Virus record (IMG/VR): IMGVR_UViG_3300037311_000136
Coordinates: 1-53,939 of that record
Direction: 5' to 3' (one strand)
Length of the DNA stretch: 53,939 nucleotides
DNA from: a virus
Taxonomy: Duplodnaviria > Caudoviricetes
Shown here piece after piece: positions 27,901 to 37,548 of the stretch. The notes under the pieces are model-generated. The model worked only from the letters and a program-made list of their open reading frames with translations. It had not been told where the DNA came from and did not search any database. A program made the position numbers and the translations under genes. Numbering within the stretch: the stretch's first letter is position 1; each line of letters starts with the position of its first letter.

Positions 27901-30424
27901 CGGGCGCATCGGCGTTAATAGCAAGGATGTCATACGCTCCGCCGAAGTGCGCTGCTTCGCCGGTTATCATAATTCTTTGGCCGGGGCTTAAGAATTTGAT
28001 TGCAGGCTTAACTGAGGCCTCTAAAGTAAATTCTACTGTCCCGTCAAGTGCGGTTGTCATTGTGCCGGTTAGGGGCGTTTGTCCGCTTGTTGTTCCGGCC
28101 GGGGTCATAGCGCAGGCTGTGAACCTAACTGCCGAGGTGCCTTCCTGGGTAAGTACTTCGTACGGGGCGCCAAGAAATATATAACTGTTAATTGACGTGT
28201 GGATAACGCGATTGCGACTAATGTAAAACAGCTTAGTTAAGTCATACGCTATTTCTTCTTGGAACCGGGACAGTGTTGCCCGCAGAGTAAACGGAGAAAT
28301 GCCGGCTGCGGTTGATAGTACCTGGTGCGCATTGTTATCTTCTGGAAGCGAGGACTGCAAAATGTCGCCTACAATAGGCACGCCTTTGCTATCTTCGGTG
28401 CGCGAGTAGGATATATCAAGAAGGGGGGATTCAGTAAATACACCGACTTCCGCAGCGGCTTCTGTAGTATCGTACCTGTTGTCTGATACGCCTGGTATTT
28501 CTACAGTAATTGCAACTGCAGTTGGAGAATGCGCCAAGTCAAACGAAGTAATGCGCCACTCGCCGATAAGTTGTGTCCACGGTGCCGAACGCACAGATAA
28601 CCAATCTGCTGTGCCAACGGCTGCCGACAGCGGCGTACCAACAATTGTTTTATTTGGGGTATTTATAATAAATTGAACTAAGTTAGCAGATTGCCAGGCA
28701 ATTGATGTACCAACTGCCCAGCCATCTTCTCCGCCGGTGTATTGAATATAGCCTCGCGTACGTTGTGAAGTAATTGTAGCGCCGGTAAATGCCGGGCCCA
28801 GTACAACGTCTTCCGCAACAGGTAGTAAGCCTTTGACATTTAAATTAAATCGCCAGGGCTCTAGGGGCAAGCCGCCGCTTGGGTTTGTGCGGTAGCTGTT
28901 AAATTCCGGTACTGAAATATACTTGAGTAGGTTGCCGTCCTTGCTTGCAGTAAGGCGGGTTTCTGCCTGCGCAGTATAAAAATCTAGAGAGTCGGTGCGG
29001 CCGGGCTCAAGGCCATCGGCATCTCTGTAAATTTCAGGCGGTAATCCATATACTGCACCTGTAAATTCGCTGGTAAGAACTGTTCCAGGCGGGAGGGTTG
29101 CGCCGTTAATTTCTATTCGCGATACGTATTCTTTTTCGGGAATAGTCAAGACGCGAACGCCGCGGGTAAGGTTTGTAAATGGCGCTCCAGTTGATTGGTT
29201 TGTTACATTAAGTACAAGCTGGCCTGCCGATTCGTCAATACTCACACTATTAATTTGGATGTATCCGGGTTCGGTGTAGGTAGTCCCGTAGTCGTCGCGG
29301 TAGTAGTGCAGTAAAGTGTCGCCGCTTTCGGAATTAGACGAAACAACTTGGAAGTTACATAGCGGGGTCGGGATGTTGACACGGATTTCAATTGAGCCGC
29401 CGTTGGGTAATTCAAAAATGTCTGATGTCTGGCCAATATCAATTGGAAGGACAACAACCCGCCATGTAGAAACGTAGGGCATTACTACAGTTAGTACCTG
29501 CGTCTGTGCGTCGTACCGAGTAGCGCCCGCGCCCTCTACCGGCGGAATTTCGGATGGGGAAAAGGGAAACCCATTTAAATCATACACGCGCACAATAATT
29601 TGTGAGGAGCGTAACTTGCGCCCAAACCTGGGGAGCGAGCCCATGCCGTCAAATACCATTGTGTCGGTTGGGTTAAGTACGTCAAAAAATCCACCGTTGC
29701 CGTCATCTTGTGGAGAATCTAGCTGAATGCTAGGTACTTCTGTAGTGGCAAGAAAAGTGCGCCAGTCGTTTAACGCTTCGCCAATGACTAAAAAATCTAG
29801 GCTAGTTGTTGTTGAAATATTTTGAAACGAGTTGGGGGCAGTAGGAGTTCCCGCCGAAGCCATTCTAATTCCGGTAGCGTCTCTAGAGCCGGGCGCACGT
29901 AAGGCACGCCACAGTGTAGATACTGTATTTATAGAGTTTATAAGCCCTGTTTCGGCTTGTGGAAATGCTAGGCTAGTAGGTGATGTGCCGGCCGGTATTA
30001 CTTCATAGTTAAGTATTTCCGGGCCGCCGTTGCCAAATGTAGTTCTTACTGTCCCCTCGGGGCCGAACACTAGATTGGCGGGGGTGGTATTAGCGTGTCC
30101 AACAAGCAGAAGTTCGCGGGCGGGGTTAATGCGCCACAGGTTTATGCGCTTTTCTTTCCACGGCGCCGGGTCTAAGTCTACCACAAAAGAATTTACTGGG
30201 GTATTAAGTAGCCGGCTAATTGCCTTAATTGGCACGGGAAGGGTTCCGATAAACATCTCGGTGCCCTTGCGGGAGCGGATAAGGCCGTCGGAATTAAATA
30301 CTACGTTATTGGCGGACTCTACATAGCCCGGGTCTACCCTGTCTTCCGAAGACAGCTGGTCTATGCCGCCGGGAAATTCGGTTTCGGCAATGCTGGTGGG
30401 CTGCGGTACATTCCGAAATCCCAT
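24992..30424 (-). CDS. Tail nozzle / tubular protein B-like, 1810 aa
   Basis: N-terminal FPGGID...NVVF...RKG, GDGQTITG, C-terminal DFGAPGIRKL; follows the adaptor gene. Confidence 0.7.
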   Translation of the reverse strand: MGFRNVPQPTSIAETEFPGGIDQLSSEDRVDPGYVESANNVVFNSDGLIRSRKGTEMFIGTLPVPIKAISRLLNTPVNSFVVDLDPAPWKEKRINLWRINPARELLLVGHANTTPANLVFGPEGTVRTTFGNGGPEILNYEVIPAGTSPTSLAFPQAETGLINSINTVSTLWRALRAPGSRDATGIRMASAGTPTAPNSFQNISTTTSLDFLVIGEALNDWRTFLATTEVPSIQLDSPQDDGNGGFFDVLNPTDTMVFDGMGSLPRFGRKLRSSQIIVRVYDLNGFPFSPSEIPPVEGAGATRYDAQTQVLTVVMPYVSTWRVVVLPIDIGQTSDIFELPNGGSIEIRVNIPTPLCNFQVVSSNSESGDTLLHYYRDDYGTTYTEPGYIQINSVSIDESAGQLVLNVTNQSTGAPFTNLTRGVRVLTIPEKEYVSRIEINGATLPPGTVLTSEFTGAVYGLPPEIYRDADGLEPGRTDSLDFYTAQAETRLTASKDGNLLKYISVPEFNSYRTNPSGGLPLEPWRFNLNVKGLLPVAEDVVLGPAFTGATITSQRTRGYIQYTGGEDGWAVGTSIAWQSANLVQFIINTPNKTIVGTPLSAAVGTADWLSVRSAPWTQLIGEWRITSFDLAHSPTAVAITVEIPGVSDNRYDTTEAAAEVGVFTESPLLDISYSRTEDSKGVPIVGDILQSSLPEDNNAHQVLSTAAGISPFTLRATLSRFQEEIAYDLTKLFYISRNRVIHTSINSYIFLGAPYEVLTQEGTSAVRFTACAMTPAGTTSGQTPLTGTMTTALDGTVEFTLEASVKPAIKFLSPGQRIMITGEAAHFGGAYDILAINADAPELVITSATGPNKEMTAQPATIVPYVLDTCNDDFNINSYNVPTLQMTLADNGAFVPATIPSSTAAAALDFTPQLEQAPRVLREPYSRSVSLSESEYLSNGQETPLKFDGINVMTSGVPNWMPQAFFSVINSGTGNIGSGNPVATVASLVGAKFTLAPGEAGFFAAGQSITTSTGQVLTITSINASNDEVFVDAVIVGVPTTITPTLIYRYYFRIEYIDENGVVASGATFGDRDSVLQFAQASNVQIKLTSLPLFGFRDWNSYQISIFRTLAGQAAPFYRVVTLPLSFVNQDGYILFTDTRADNEFSDTDRDSFVEGRTGAELAPAWTGPLPAKEMTQIGSKLVLGNFESKSSQNLVLQPSGSNPVTAANLNSAVIAFKRDITSTVASSDNINYQAFEFRTQNEITVNSITVGAGTFTVTSAVAHGLAANSWVYLFHSAVAPNNNLQFAGWWLVATAPTPTTFTVNWPSVPASVTGTVVNRMSVAAVNTRNVPVWAGIDGNFATVSGQALSTDVRNIAVYRLALAINAHQRLYPTFTPVNPFTLGPWLSAQAGGYQSTAQIIIERPEWANTTPAVFLANVTNGRWFSFGAIAPVSTDIPFQTLAYGSRILASYANTPEVFDAPFVEIDSLSQSAIDVAPGDGQTITGMIPFFGESAFTASARAAALLVLKQQSAYLVDLNEKAAGRNAVQRLETQGRGCQAPHTVVSTKNGTTFCDASGVYQINQDMQFRNVGQRLGRFWDELDTSRIAEFTAHNALRSSQYQLSAYKKDGTRVQLTYNYAREYLDANGIGSWAIFTGVDFGMAVNQAGTKSVYSLPNGDVVQFRNANTSFDYQGPRGEAFERAVTFRIMDFGAPGIRKLLSSLSLRFRVPTTNILGLTVQTANDNTRQWVDTDKAEIRTPQNNQSGLGDKNNVVLDTVRFTVRNRKATAFQVRLFDARVREDLQLSAVTYQVVALTAKGVKQAAQTTGKE

Positions 30425-30462
30425 TTAGTTACCCCCCGAAATCTGTTGGCTGGTATGTAGTT

Positions 30463-30491
30463 AGCATACCTTTTTTGTTAGTCCGCGGCAA
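30463..30491 (-). promoter_or_regulatory. sigma70-like promoter upstream of the nozzle gene
   Basis: Minus strand TTGCCG-17 nt-TATGCT; both boxes lie in short inverted repeats. Confidence 0.45.
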
Positions 30492-30508
30492 GTGGTATTG
30501 CCGGCTTA

Positions 30509-31495
30509 TTACCTACTAGAATATGGGCGACGAACTGCTGGGCCTGTGTTGGTGCCGCCCCAGTTTCTAGAGGAAAGTCCAACCTTTACGCTATTTTGGC
30601 GACCGGCATGAGTCGCCTTTAAGTCGCGTTCAAACTCGGATGCTAATTTAGAGGCTGCGGCAACTTCGCCGCCGAGTTTAGCCGCACACTGGAAAAAGGC
30701 GTGTTGAATAATAAACTGGCCAACGTCGTCTTTAAACACGGGCACGGGACTTGAACCGGCAAATGAAATTAAGTCATCGGACGTGGGCGGGTTATTTACG
30801 TCAAGCCCACCAGTAGTTACTTCTAGTCCAAAGACTGTGGTTTTAACTGGGGTTACTCGAACGGTTACGCGCCCGTTGATAAAGGACTGTACTTGGTAGG
30901 TGTTTTTGTAAACGCCTGTTTCGCCGTCGTAAATTGAAATATACGAAAGGTTTGAGCTTTGATTTTGCGAAATTTCCGAAATAGTATCTGTCAAGATAAA
31001 GGAGTTGTTTACCAAGTTTACTGTGGCAATTTGGCCCTGTGGTACTGCAAGAGGCGACGGCCTTTGTAGATACCAGATTCGATAGCCGCCGTCCGGCCCA
31101 TTTGGCTTGGGAAGGAACCGGATTTCATTGCCTAGAATTTGGTAGTGGGTTGAGTACTGTGCGCCTTGGCCGGGGGCGTACTCGTACAGGTGCGAGAACT
31201 GCTCGCTAATTGCGCTCATTGGGATTGGCAGCTGATTGACTAGCGCTTCTACTTTTTTAATTGAGCCGGATAGCGCGTCGTCCGGTATTTGGAATGCGCC
31301 CGATGCGGGGGTAGCAATGTCTACAAACTTAAGTAGAGGCTGGTGGTACACGCGCCGAAGAATGCTTGCCGCCATGATTTGGCTGCGGTTTAGGGCGCCG
31401 AGTATGTCATCGTTTGACAACGATTCATTATTTAGCTCATCGGTAAGGCTGCGCACTTCGGCAATTAAGTCCGTTGTAGTAAGGCGTCTTGACAT
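30509..31495 (-). CDS. Head-tail adaptor (tubular protein A-like)
   Basis: LIAEVRSLTDE...ALNRSQ, IPDD, IRFLPKP, YRIWY motifs; synteny. Confidence 0.7.
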   Translation of the reverse strand: MSRRLTTTDLIAEVRSLTDELNNESLSNDDILGALNRSQIMAASILRRVYHQPLLKFVDIATPASGAFQIPDDALSGSIKKVEALVNQLPIPMSAISEQFSHLYEYAPGQGAQYSTHYQILGNEIRFLPKPNGPDGGYRIWYLQRPSPLAVPQGQIATVNLVNNSFILTDTISEISQNQSSNLSYISIYDGETGVYKNTYQVQSFINGRVTVRVTPVKTTVFGLEVTTGGLDVNNPPTSDDLISFAGSSPVPVFKDDVGQFIIQHAFFQCAAKLGGEVAAASKLASEFERDLKATHAGRQNSVKVGLSSRNWGGTNTGPAVRRPYSSR

Positions 31496-31522
31496 ATGCG
31501 CAGTCCTTTATATAACGGAGTG

Positions 31523-31786
31523 TTAGCAGTCCCAACGGCGAAGTGCGAGCGCTTTTCTAGTTGGGCGGCCTTTTTCGTCTTTCATTGGCCCCTTATTGCC
31601 CCGCATGCGCGCACAAAAAGATTTGCGGCGAGCGGCGGATTTAGGCGAGCGTTTTGCTTCGTTGGCGGTTACCGGCGCCTGTAGGTCGCTGCCAGTTTCG
31701 CGATTAATCCGTCTGCGGCCGCTTTCCGTTAGCCCCCCTTTTGGAGACTTGTCGCTTTTAAGCAGTGATATGTTTTTCTTTTTCAC
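31523..31786 (-). CDS. Conserved small basic phage protein (DUF6321-like)
   Basis: KGGLTESGR...LQAPV...RRKSFCARM...LRRWDC. Confidence 0.75.
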   Translation of the reverse strand: MKKKNISLLKSDKSPKGGLTESGRRRINRETGSDLQAPVTANEAKRSPKSAARRKSFCARMRGNKGPMKDEKGRPTRKALALRRWDC

Positions 31787-32013
31787 TTAGCCGCCTTTGT
31801 ATTACTCACAAACTGCTTGCTTGCGCCGCCTTCTTTTTTCTTTTTAAGGGCTGTAGCTTTTAGTTGGGCGCGGGTTAGCCGGTTTGCTCGCGCGCGTGGT
31901 AAACACCTGTCGGGATTTGCCTTATCTTTACTTGTCCCGCACTCGCCCTTAACTTTGCCGTCGGTGCCGATGCGTACCCAGTCTTCTTTAAGCCACTTCT
32001 TTAGTGCGCCCAT
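31783..32013 (-). CDS. Conserved small basic phage protein (DUF5872-like)
   Basis: LKKWLKEDW...CG...RCLP motif. Confidence 0.7.
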   Translation of the reverse strand: MGALKKWLKEDWVRIGTDGKVKGECGTSKDKANPDRCLPRARANRLTRAQLKATALKKKKEGGASKQFVSNTKAAK

Positions 32014-32172
32014 CTAGTCGCCCTTGCCGCGTTTGGCGTCTTTTGCGTAGTTTGGGTCTTTGCAGTACTTGCTGGCCGCTAAGTTAGCGTAAGCACTAGG
32101 GTATCTATCGAATGTGCGCTTGGCCCATTCAACCCCGGCCTTGCATATTTTCTTAACGTCCTTGCGTTTCAC
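32014..32172 (-). CDS. Small basic phage protein with YPSAYAN motif
   Basis: GTGA overlap with upstream stop; WAKRTFDRYPSAYAN. Confidence 0.65.
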   Translation of the reverse strand: MKRKDVKKICKAGVEWAKRTFDRYPSAYANLAASKYCKDPNYAKDAKRGKGD

Positions 32173-32432
32173 AGTTCGACAGTTTCCTCGTCTTCCTCTT
32201 CTTCTTCCATTTCGTCCATAGGCTTGGCGGCGGACAGGCCGCGCTTGCGCATTTCGGCCATCAATTCTTCGTCTGTCATTTCCGACAGTTCTTTTTTCAT
32301 GTCGGACTCTGGCGCTTCCTCTTCCGAAGACTCTTCCATAACTTCGTCCATTTCCATGCCTTTTGCCTTTTCGGACATCATTGGCATTTCTTTCAGCTTG
32401 TCCATGCCTTTTTTCAACATAGCAACTTTCAT
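32169..32432 (-). CDS. Small acidic, Met-rich protein
   Basis: AGGAGGAG RBS; E/M-rich. Confidence 0.7.
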   Translation of the reverse strand: MKVAMLKKGMDKLKEMPMMSEKAKGMEMDEVMEESSEEEAPESDMKKELSEMTDEELMAEMRKRGLSAAKPMDEMEEEEEDEETVEL

Positions 32433-32764
32433 ATTCCGGACTCCTCCTTAGGGGGTTGTTGGGGCGTAACATACGGACGATACTGCGCTACTGGCCCTCG
32501 AATATCACTATAGCGTTTTATTGCCTCAATATCAAGTGCCACGCTGCGCAATGAATCCGATATCTTATCCGAGGACTCTTCTAGTTTTTCAGACACGGTA
32601 TCAAACTTAGCCTCGATGCGGGTAAGGTGCCCAGTAAAAACGTCGAGCATTCTATTGGCTAGGCGCCAGGCCCCAAACAAAACTACTGCTAAGAGTACCA
32701 TAGCACCGGCCGGGCCGGACAGGGCGCTGACTACTGTGGATACTACAGTTGCGATTTCGGACAT
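32429..32764 (-). CDS. Holin-like membrane protein
   Basis: AAGGAG RBS before ATG 32764; one TM helix plus coiled coil; follows the tail fibre. Confidence 0.45.
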   Translation of the reverse strand: MSEIATVVSTVVSALSGPAGAMVLLAVVLFGAWRLANRMLDVFTGHLTRIEAKFDTVSEKLEESSDKISDSLRSVALDIEAIKRYSDIRGPVAQYRPYVTPQQPPKEESGI

Positions 32765-32774
32765 GACAGGCTCC

Positions 32775-35700
32775 TTACGTACCGTAGAACGGAATAGCAC
32801 GCAGTGTGCCGTTAATATTAATTTGAATATATCCAATAGGCTGCGCTGGTAAGGGTGTTCCGCTGCCCCCGCTTACGCCTGGGGACAGTGCAGTATTTAT
32901 TCTGTGAGTAGGCGATTCTCCATTTGCCCCAATAGTGTGGTCACCGGCTGCGCTAATTGCATGAACTTCGCGAATACTTAAAGAAGCGCTGGGTGTTAGC
33001 TGAAGATTATAAAAAGTTCCGCGTTCAGTAGAACTCCAAGTGTTGTCTGCGCCAACTTGTAAACGTGCTCCTCCCTGTCCAGCAAATGCGCGTGTCCAAT
33101 CTGAGCCGTCCCAGCCTCCCCAATTTATTTCGCCAAGACTGTCGCCTCCAAGCGGGGGGTTTGGGGAGCCAATTACGTTTCGTGCCCTTTGGAATCCAAG
33201 GCCCGGTATTCCCGTAGCTCGGTAGGTGCGTTGGGTAAGTGCAAACTCCTGGCTTGTGTCTTGAAAAATAGCAGTATCCGATTGAATACGGAGGACACCT
33301 GTTCCCGCTTCTGTTGTGCCCGGCCCAGTTGCAGATGGATAAAAGTAAATTCCGTCTAGTCCGCGAATACCTGCGCCGTTAGTTTCGCGGCCAACGCCCC
33401 AAATATAGGTGTCGCCTATGTCTGCGCGGCCGGTAATTCCGTCTTCTTCGTTAGACGCGTTAACTCTAATTGCACCATTCACGCGAACCAAAGCTACGGC
33501 ATCGGCTGTAGTGGTGCCAATTAATAGCTGACCTGTACTGGTAAACCGCGCACGCTCGGTGCCGTCAGTTGCTGCAGCAAGCACATCAGTCGCGGGACTA
33601 AATAGTCCGGTGTCTGCGGCGCCTACACCTAAGCTTGGTGCAGAAACGCTGCCGACTGGGAGCACAAGTGCGCCGGTCATAGTGTCACCGGCCTTAAGTA
33701 CGCGGGCGCCTAACTGGGTTTGGATAGCTGAAGTAACACCGGCCAAATATCCTAACTCTGTATTTGTTACTGCTGAAGCGGAGATTACACCAGAACTGTT
33801 AGACTGTAGCGCCCTGTCTGCGGTAAGTGCGGCAAGCTTTGACAAGTCAATTGCGGCAGATGCATTAACCTGGGCGTTAGAAACGCCGCCTGTTGCAATG
33901 GAGAAGGTTGCGCCAACTAGCTGAAGCGTTACCCCGTCTGCCGCGTAGGTTCCGGCGCCAAAGAACTGGTTGAATACAATATTGCTGACACCAACAACTA
34001 CATTGTCTGTAATCTGAAACCAGCCGGTATTGGCTTGGGCAGTTCCCTCAGCGACCGTTACAAGTGCGCTTTCAAACTCGGGCCCTGTGTCCATGTCGGA
34101 CGAACGTGCCCAGGCTCCGGCGGCTGCAACGTAAATGCCGTTTTCGGTAAGTGTTGACTGGTTTTTAACTAGTACTCTGTCCAATGCCACAACAGTTACG
34201 CCGTCAATTGTTGGCAATCCTGACAATGTAATGTTGGTGGTAGTTGCAACGCGCACGCCCTGTTTAACAGACGTTCCGCCCGATAGCGCGTCTACGTACT
34301 GTTTAGTGGCCGCGTGTAGTGGGTTAATCGGGTCGGCATTTAGTGTAAGGAAGCCGGTCATTGTGTCGCCGGCCTTGAGTACGCGTGCGTCTAGCTGAGT
34401 TTGGATAGCGGAGGTTACGCCGGCAACAAAACCAATTTCTGTCGACGTTGTAGTAGAGGTTTGAAGCAGGCCTCCAGAACCTGTGACAACTGCCCGCGAT
34501 GCAGTCAGCGACGGAATTGTGACACCAGACGAATCAATTTGTGTTCTTAGTGCTGGGGTTGCCGAGCCGTTTGCTGCTGTGTAAATTTCAAGGCGGGAAC
34601 CTTGTCCCGTAGCAGTTGCGTTTTCCGTTAGTCTTGAAACAATTCCTGTTCCAAATCCGGGGCCAAATACACCTGCGTTTGTGTACCCTTGCGCCCCAAT
34701 AAACCCAATTGCATCCCCAGACAAAGCCTGGGTTTTTGTAACAACATCTCCGCGGCTGCGGGCAAGAACAATGCTAGCGGCACTTTCGCTAGATGCGTTG
34801 TTTGAACGCGACGCAAAGATTGTGTTGGCATTGTTGTGTTGAATGTTAACTGCGTTATTAGTGGACAGCGAAAACAAATTGAATGTTACGTTAGTTGGTG
34901 TGCCTCCGTGCACTACATCAAGAAGTCCCGCGGGCCCAATAACGTTTGTTCCAATAGAAACGCGTCCGGTGTCCGTAATTTTCATACGTTCGACGCCGGC
35001 AGTTGTAAAGTTTAGGGTATTGGCTGCACCACTATACAGACCAACATCCGTATCCCCTACACCAAGCGAAGGTGCGATATCCGTTCCTGCTGGTAAAATA
35101 AGCGCGCCGGTCATAGTATCGCCGGCCTTGAGTACACGCGCATTTAACTGAGTTTGAATAGCAGAGGTTACACCATTTACAAACGCGAGCTCGGTATTGG
35201 TAGTTACGCTGTGGGTTGGAATTCCATTGGCGTCGGAGATAAGTGCGCGGTTTGCAGTAATAGCCGCGGCTTCTACAATGGCGCCGGATGCCGACTGCAT
35301 TACCCGATTGTTTACAAGTGCGGTTGTAGAGTTAGTTCCGCCTTTTGTAACTGATAGCGTTCCCGACAGGTTATTAATGTTAATATTGCCTTCGGCAACA
35401 TCTACTGTGGGGTTTCCAGCAACTCCGTCTCCGTCCGTGACTGTGACGCGGGAAGAAGCGGCCGTTATAGTGCGGGTAGCTGCAGTGCCGGCGCCGGTGC
35501 GTGCAATTAGTCCGTTTGTAGCAAGAGCTGCGAGTGCCGTTAAGTCGGCGTCTAGCGGCTGTTTATTGTCCAGCTGTGTTTGAATTGAGGAGGTTACGCC
35601 CGAAACATAATTAAGTTCGGTGCTTGTTACGCTTGATGCAGAGATTTCGCCGGTTGCGTCTGATTCAAGTGCAAAGTTTGCGGCGAGTGGCGCAAGTTTT

Positions 35701-37181
35701 GACAACGCGATGTTATTGGGCAAATCGTCTTCGACAAGCGCGCGGAAGTCTGGTACTCCTGCTCCGCCGGTTGCGGGCCCCGAAAATACAAAGTTTTGCG
35801 ATTGGTTAGCAAACGTTCCGGTAAGTGTCCCGGACATTGTGACAGGCGAGCCGCTTATGTTAAATACGCTGCCCGGTAGACTTAGGCCTACCGAGGTAAC
35901 GGTTCCGCCCGCAATAGGCGCTGTCCAGGTAAGTATTCCGCTTGTGTCTGAGGTTAGGATTTGGCCCGAAGACGGCGGGAATGTTGGGGGCAGTGTATAA
36001 ATATAGCTCGCGGTTAGTACGGGCGCAGAAAACCCTGTGCTAAATGTACCGCTGTCTAGCAAGAATTGGCCATCTGTCCGCACGTTCTGTGTGCCAAAGT
36101 CTGGCGTAATTTTGGTGCCGTCAATTGCGGCTGTAGGCGATACGTTTGCGTTGGCGATTAGGATGGGTACGTTTGATGCGCCTGTTAAGCGGCCTTGCGC
36201 GTCGACTAAAAAGGACGCAACGTTGGATGCGTTGCCGTATGCGCCCGCGGCAACCGCTGTGTTTGTTAGGCTAATCTGCGGGTTGGCGCCAATTCCATCG
36301 CCATTTGCAACGGCAATTTGCGACGCGGTTCCTTGTAGGATGCGCGTGGTATATGTTCCGGGGGCCTGGCGAATTGTAATGCCGGCGCCGCCGATTCCGG
36401 TAAGTCCGGTAAGTTCCGCGTTAAGTGGTTGTTTGTTGTCTAGCTGAGTTTGAACCGCCGATGTAACGCCGGACAAATAACCTAGTTCGGTAGAGGTAAC
36501 ATTTGATGCCTCAGTGACGCCCGTAGCACTTGATTGAAGTGCGCGGCTTGCCGTTGTCGGCTGGATTTTTGTAAGTGCGATGTTGGCTGCAGGTGCAACG
36601 TTGGCGTCGGCAATTCCAGAAATAGAGTTGGCGCCGGCAACAATTGTTTTATTCGTTAGTGTTTGAACGCCATCTTCGGTAACAATTTCTCCGGGGCCGG
36701 GCAGAGTATACGCGCCGCCAATGCCGCTAATATCTAACGCAACATCTGTAACTAAATCGCCGCCCAGTACTAGGTTTCTATCGGCGCCTTGCAAATCAAC
36801 ATTAAGTTGTCTGTCGGCTGCAATGTCAACTGGCCCTGCAATATCAGACTTGTAAGCTACGCGTAGGTACTTGTCACCGCCAACTGCAGTGTCAAGCGTA
36901 CCAAGAGTTCCACTGGCCTGCGCTAATCCATTAATTTGCAAAATAACGTTTTGGCCGGACTGCCCGATGTTTACGTTGCCGCCCACGCCAGTTCCGCCGA
37001 GTGACGGTGCGTTGGGTGTAATGTTGACTGCGCCGACGGCCTGGATATTTGTTGACTGCGTCGAGTCGATATTAAATATGCCGGTGCCGCCCAAAGCGTC
37101 GATTTTGAGCAGGTTGGCGCGGGTATCGGGTGACGCCCCATCTGGTATAATAAGTCCGAGATTTCGCGTAATTACAGGCAT
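32775..37181 (-). CDS. Tail fibre protein with internal repeats
   Basis: 1468 aa, G/T/A/S-rich; repeated GVTSAIQTQL and KAGDTMTG; ATKQYVD; DRVLVKNQ...NGIY module. Confidence 0.85.
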   Translation of the reverse strand: MPVITRNLGLIIPDGASPDTRANLLKIDALGGTGIFNIDSTQSTNIQAVGAVNITPNAPSLGGTGVGGNVNIGQSGQNVILQINGLAQASGTLGTLDTAVGGDKYLRVAYKSDIAGPVDIAADRQLNVDLQGADRNLVLGGDLVTDVALDISGIGGAYTLPGPGEIVTEDGVQTLTNKTIVAGANSISGIADANVAPAANIALTKIQPTTASRALQSSATGVTEASNVTSTELGYLSGVTSAVQTQLDNKQPLNAELTGLTGIGGAGITIRQAPGTYTTRILQGTASQIAVANGDGIGANPQISLTNTAVAAGAYGNASNVASFLVDAQGRLTGASNVPILIANANVSPTAAIDGTKITPDFGTQNVRTDGQFLLDSGTFSTGFSAPVLTASYIYTLPPTFPPSSGQILTSDTSGILTWTAPIAGGTVTSVGLSLPGSVFNISGSPVTMSGTLTGTFANQSQNFVFSGPATGGAGVPDFRALVEDDLPNNIALSKLAPLAANFALESDATGEISASSVTSTELNYVSGVTSSIQTQLDNKQPLDADLTALAALATNGLIARTGAGTAATRTITAASSRVTVTDGDGVAGNPTVDVAEGNININNLSGTLSVTKGGTNSTTALVNNRVMQSASGAIVEAAAITANRALISDANGIPTHSVTTNTELAFVNGVTSAIQTQLNARVLKAGDTMTGALILPAGTDIAPSLGVGDTDVGLYSGAANTLNFTTAGVERMKITDTGRVSIGTNVIGPAGLLDVVHGGTPTNVTFNLFSLSTNNAVNIQHNNANTIFASRSNNASSESAASIVLARSRGDVVTKTQALSGDAIGFIGAQGYTNAGVFGPGFGTGIVSRLTENATATGQGSRLEIYTAANGSATPALRTQIDSSGVTIPSLTASRAVVTGSGGLLQTSTTTSTEIGFVAGVTSAIQTQLDARVLKAGDTMTGFLTLNADPINPLHAATKQYVDALSGGTSVKQGVRVATTTNITLSGLPTIDGVTVVALDRVLVKNQSTLTENGIYVAAAGAWARSSDMDTGPEFESALVTVAEGTAQANTGWFQITDNVVVGVSNIVFNQFFGAGTYAADGVTLQLVGATFSIATGGVSNAQVNASAAIDLSKLAALTADRALQSNSSGVISASAVTNTELGYLAGVTSAIQTQLGARVLKAGDTMTGALVLPVGSVSAPSLGVGAADTGLFSPATDVLAAATDGTERARFTSTGQLLIGTTTADAVALVRVNGAIRVNASNEEDGITGRADIGDTYIWGVGRETNGAGIRGLDGIYFYPSATGPGTTEAGTGVLRIQSDTAIFQDTSQEFALTQRTYRATGIPGLGFQRARNVIGSPNPPLGGDSLGEINWGGWDGSDWTRAFAGQGGARLQVGADNTWSSTERGTFYNLQLTPSASLSIREVHAISAAGDHTIGANGESPTHRINTALSPGVSGGSGTPLPAQPIGYIQININGTLRAIPFYGT

Positions 37182-37227
37182 CTGCGGTAGACTCCTCCAG
37201 ATGGGTTGTCGCTTCTAGTTAACTGTA

Positions 37228-37524
37228 TCAGAATGTTATGGCCTGCGCAATCCCCTTGTCTTCAAGGGTGCGGAGAATAACGGCGCGAAGTCCGGCAGCC
37301 AGTTTTTCTTTGTCTTCTGCGGACAGCTGGGCAACTACAGTTTTTACGTCTTGCGCGGGCTGGATGTAGGGGACAGTTAATTCTACCGGGTCGGTATCGT
37401 TGCCGGAAAGAAGGGTTGTAACTAACGTGTGGAGGGTTCGCGCAAGTTCTTCTGATTGAAGGGCGCGAATGTGAGCCTGTTTTTGAGAACCGTCTGTAAG
37501 TTCAAATTCAAGTATTGCCCGCAC
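37228..37524 (-). CDS. Hypothetical protein
   Basis: AGGAGG RBS, GTG start. Confidence 0.65.
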   Translation of the reverse strand: MRAILEFELTDGSQKQAHIRALQSEELARTLHTLVTTLLSGNDTDPVELTVPYIQPAQDVKTVVAQLSAEDKEKLAAGLRAVILRTLEDKGIAQAITF

Positions 37525-37548
37525 CCGCGCCTCCTAGGCTAACGTAGA

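Noticed and set aside
30452-30476. Plus-strand intrinsic terminator (GGTATG/CATACC plus T run)
   Set aside because: Orientation is opposite to the surrounding genes, the stem is weak, and it coincides with a minus-strand promoter-like sequence
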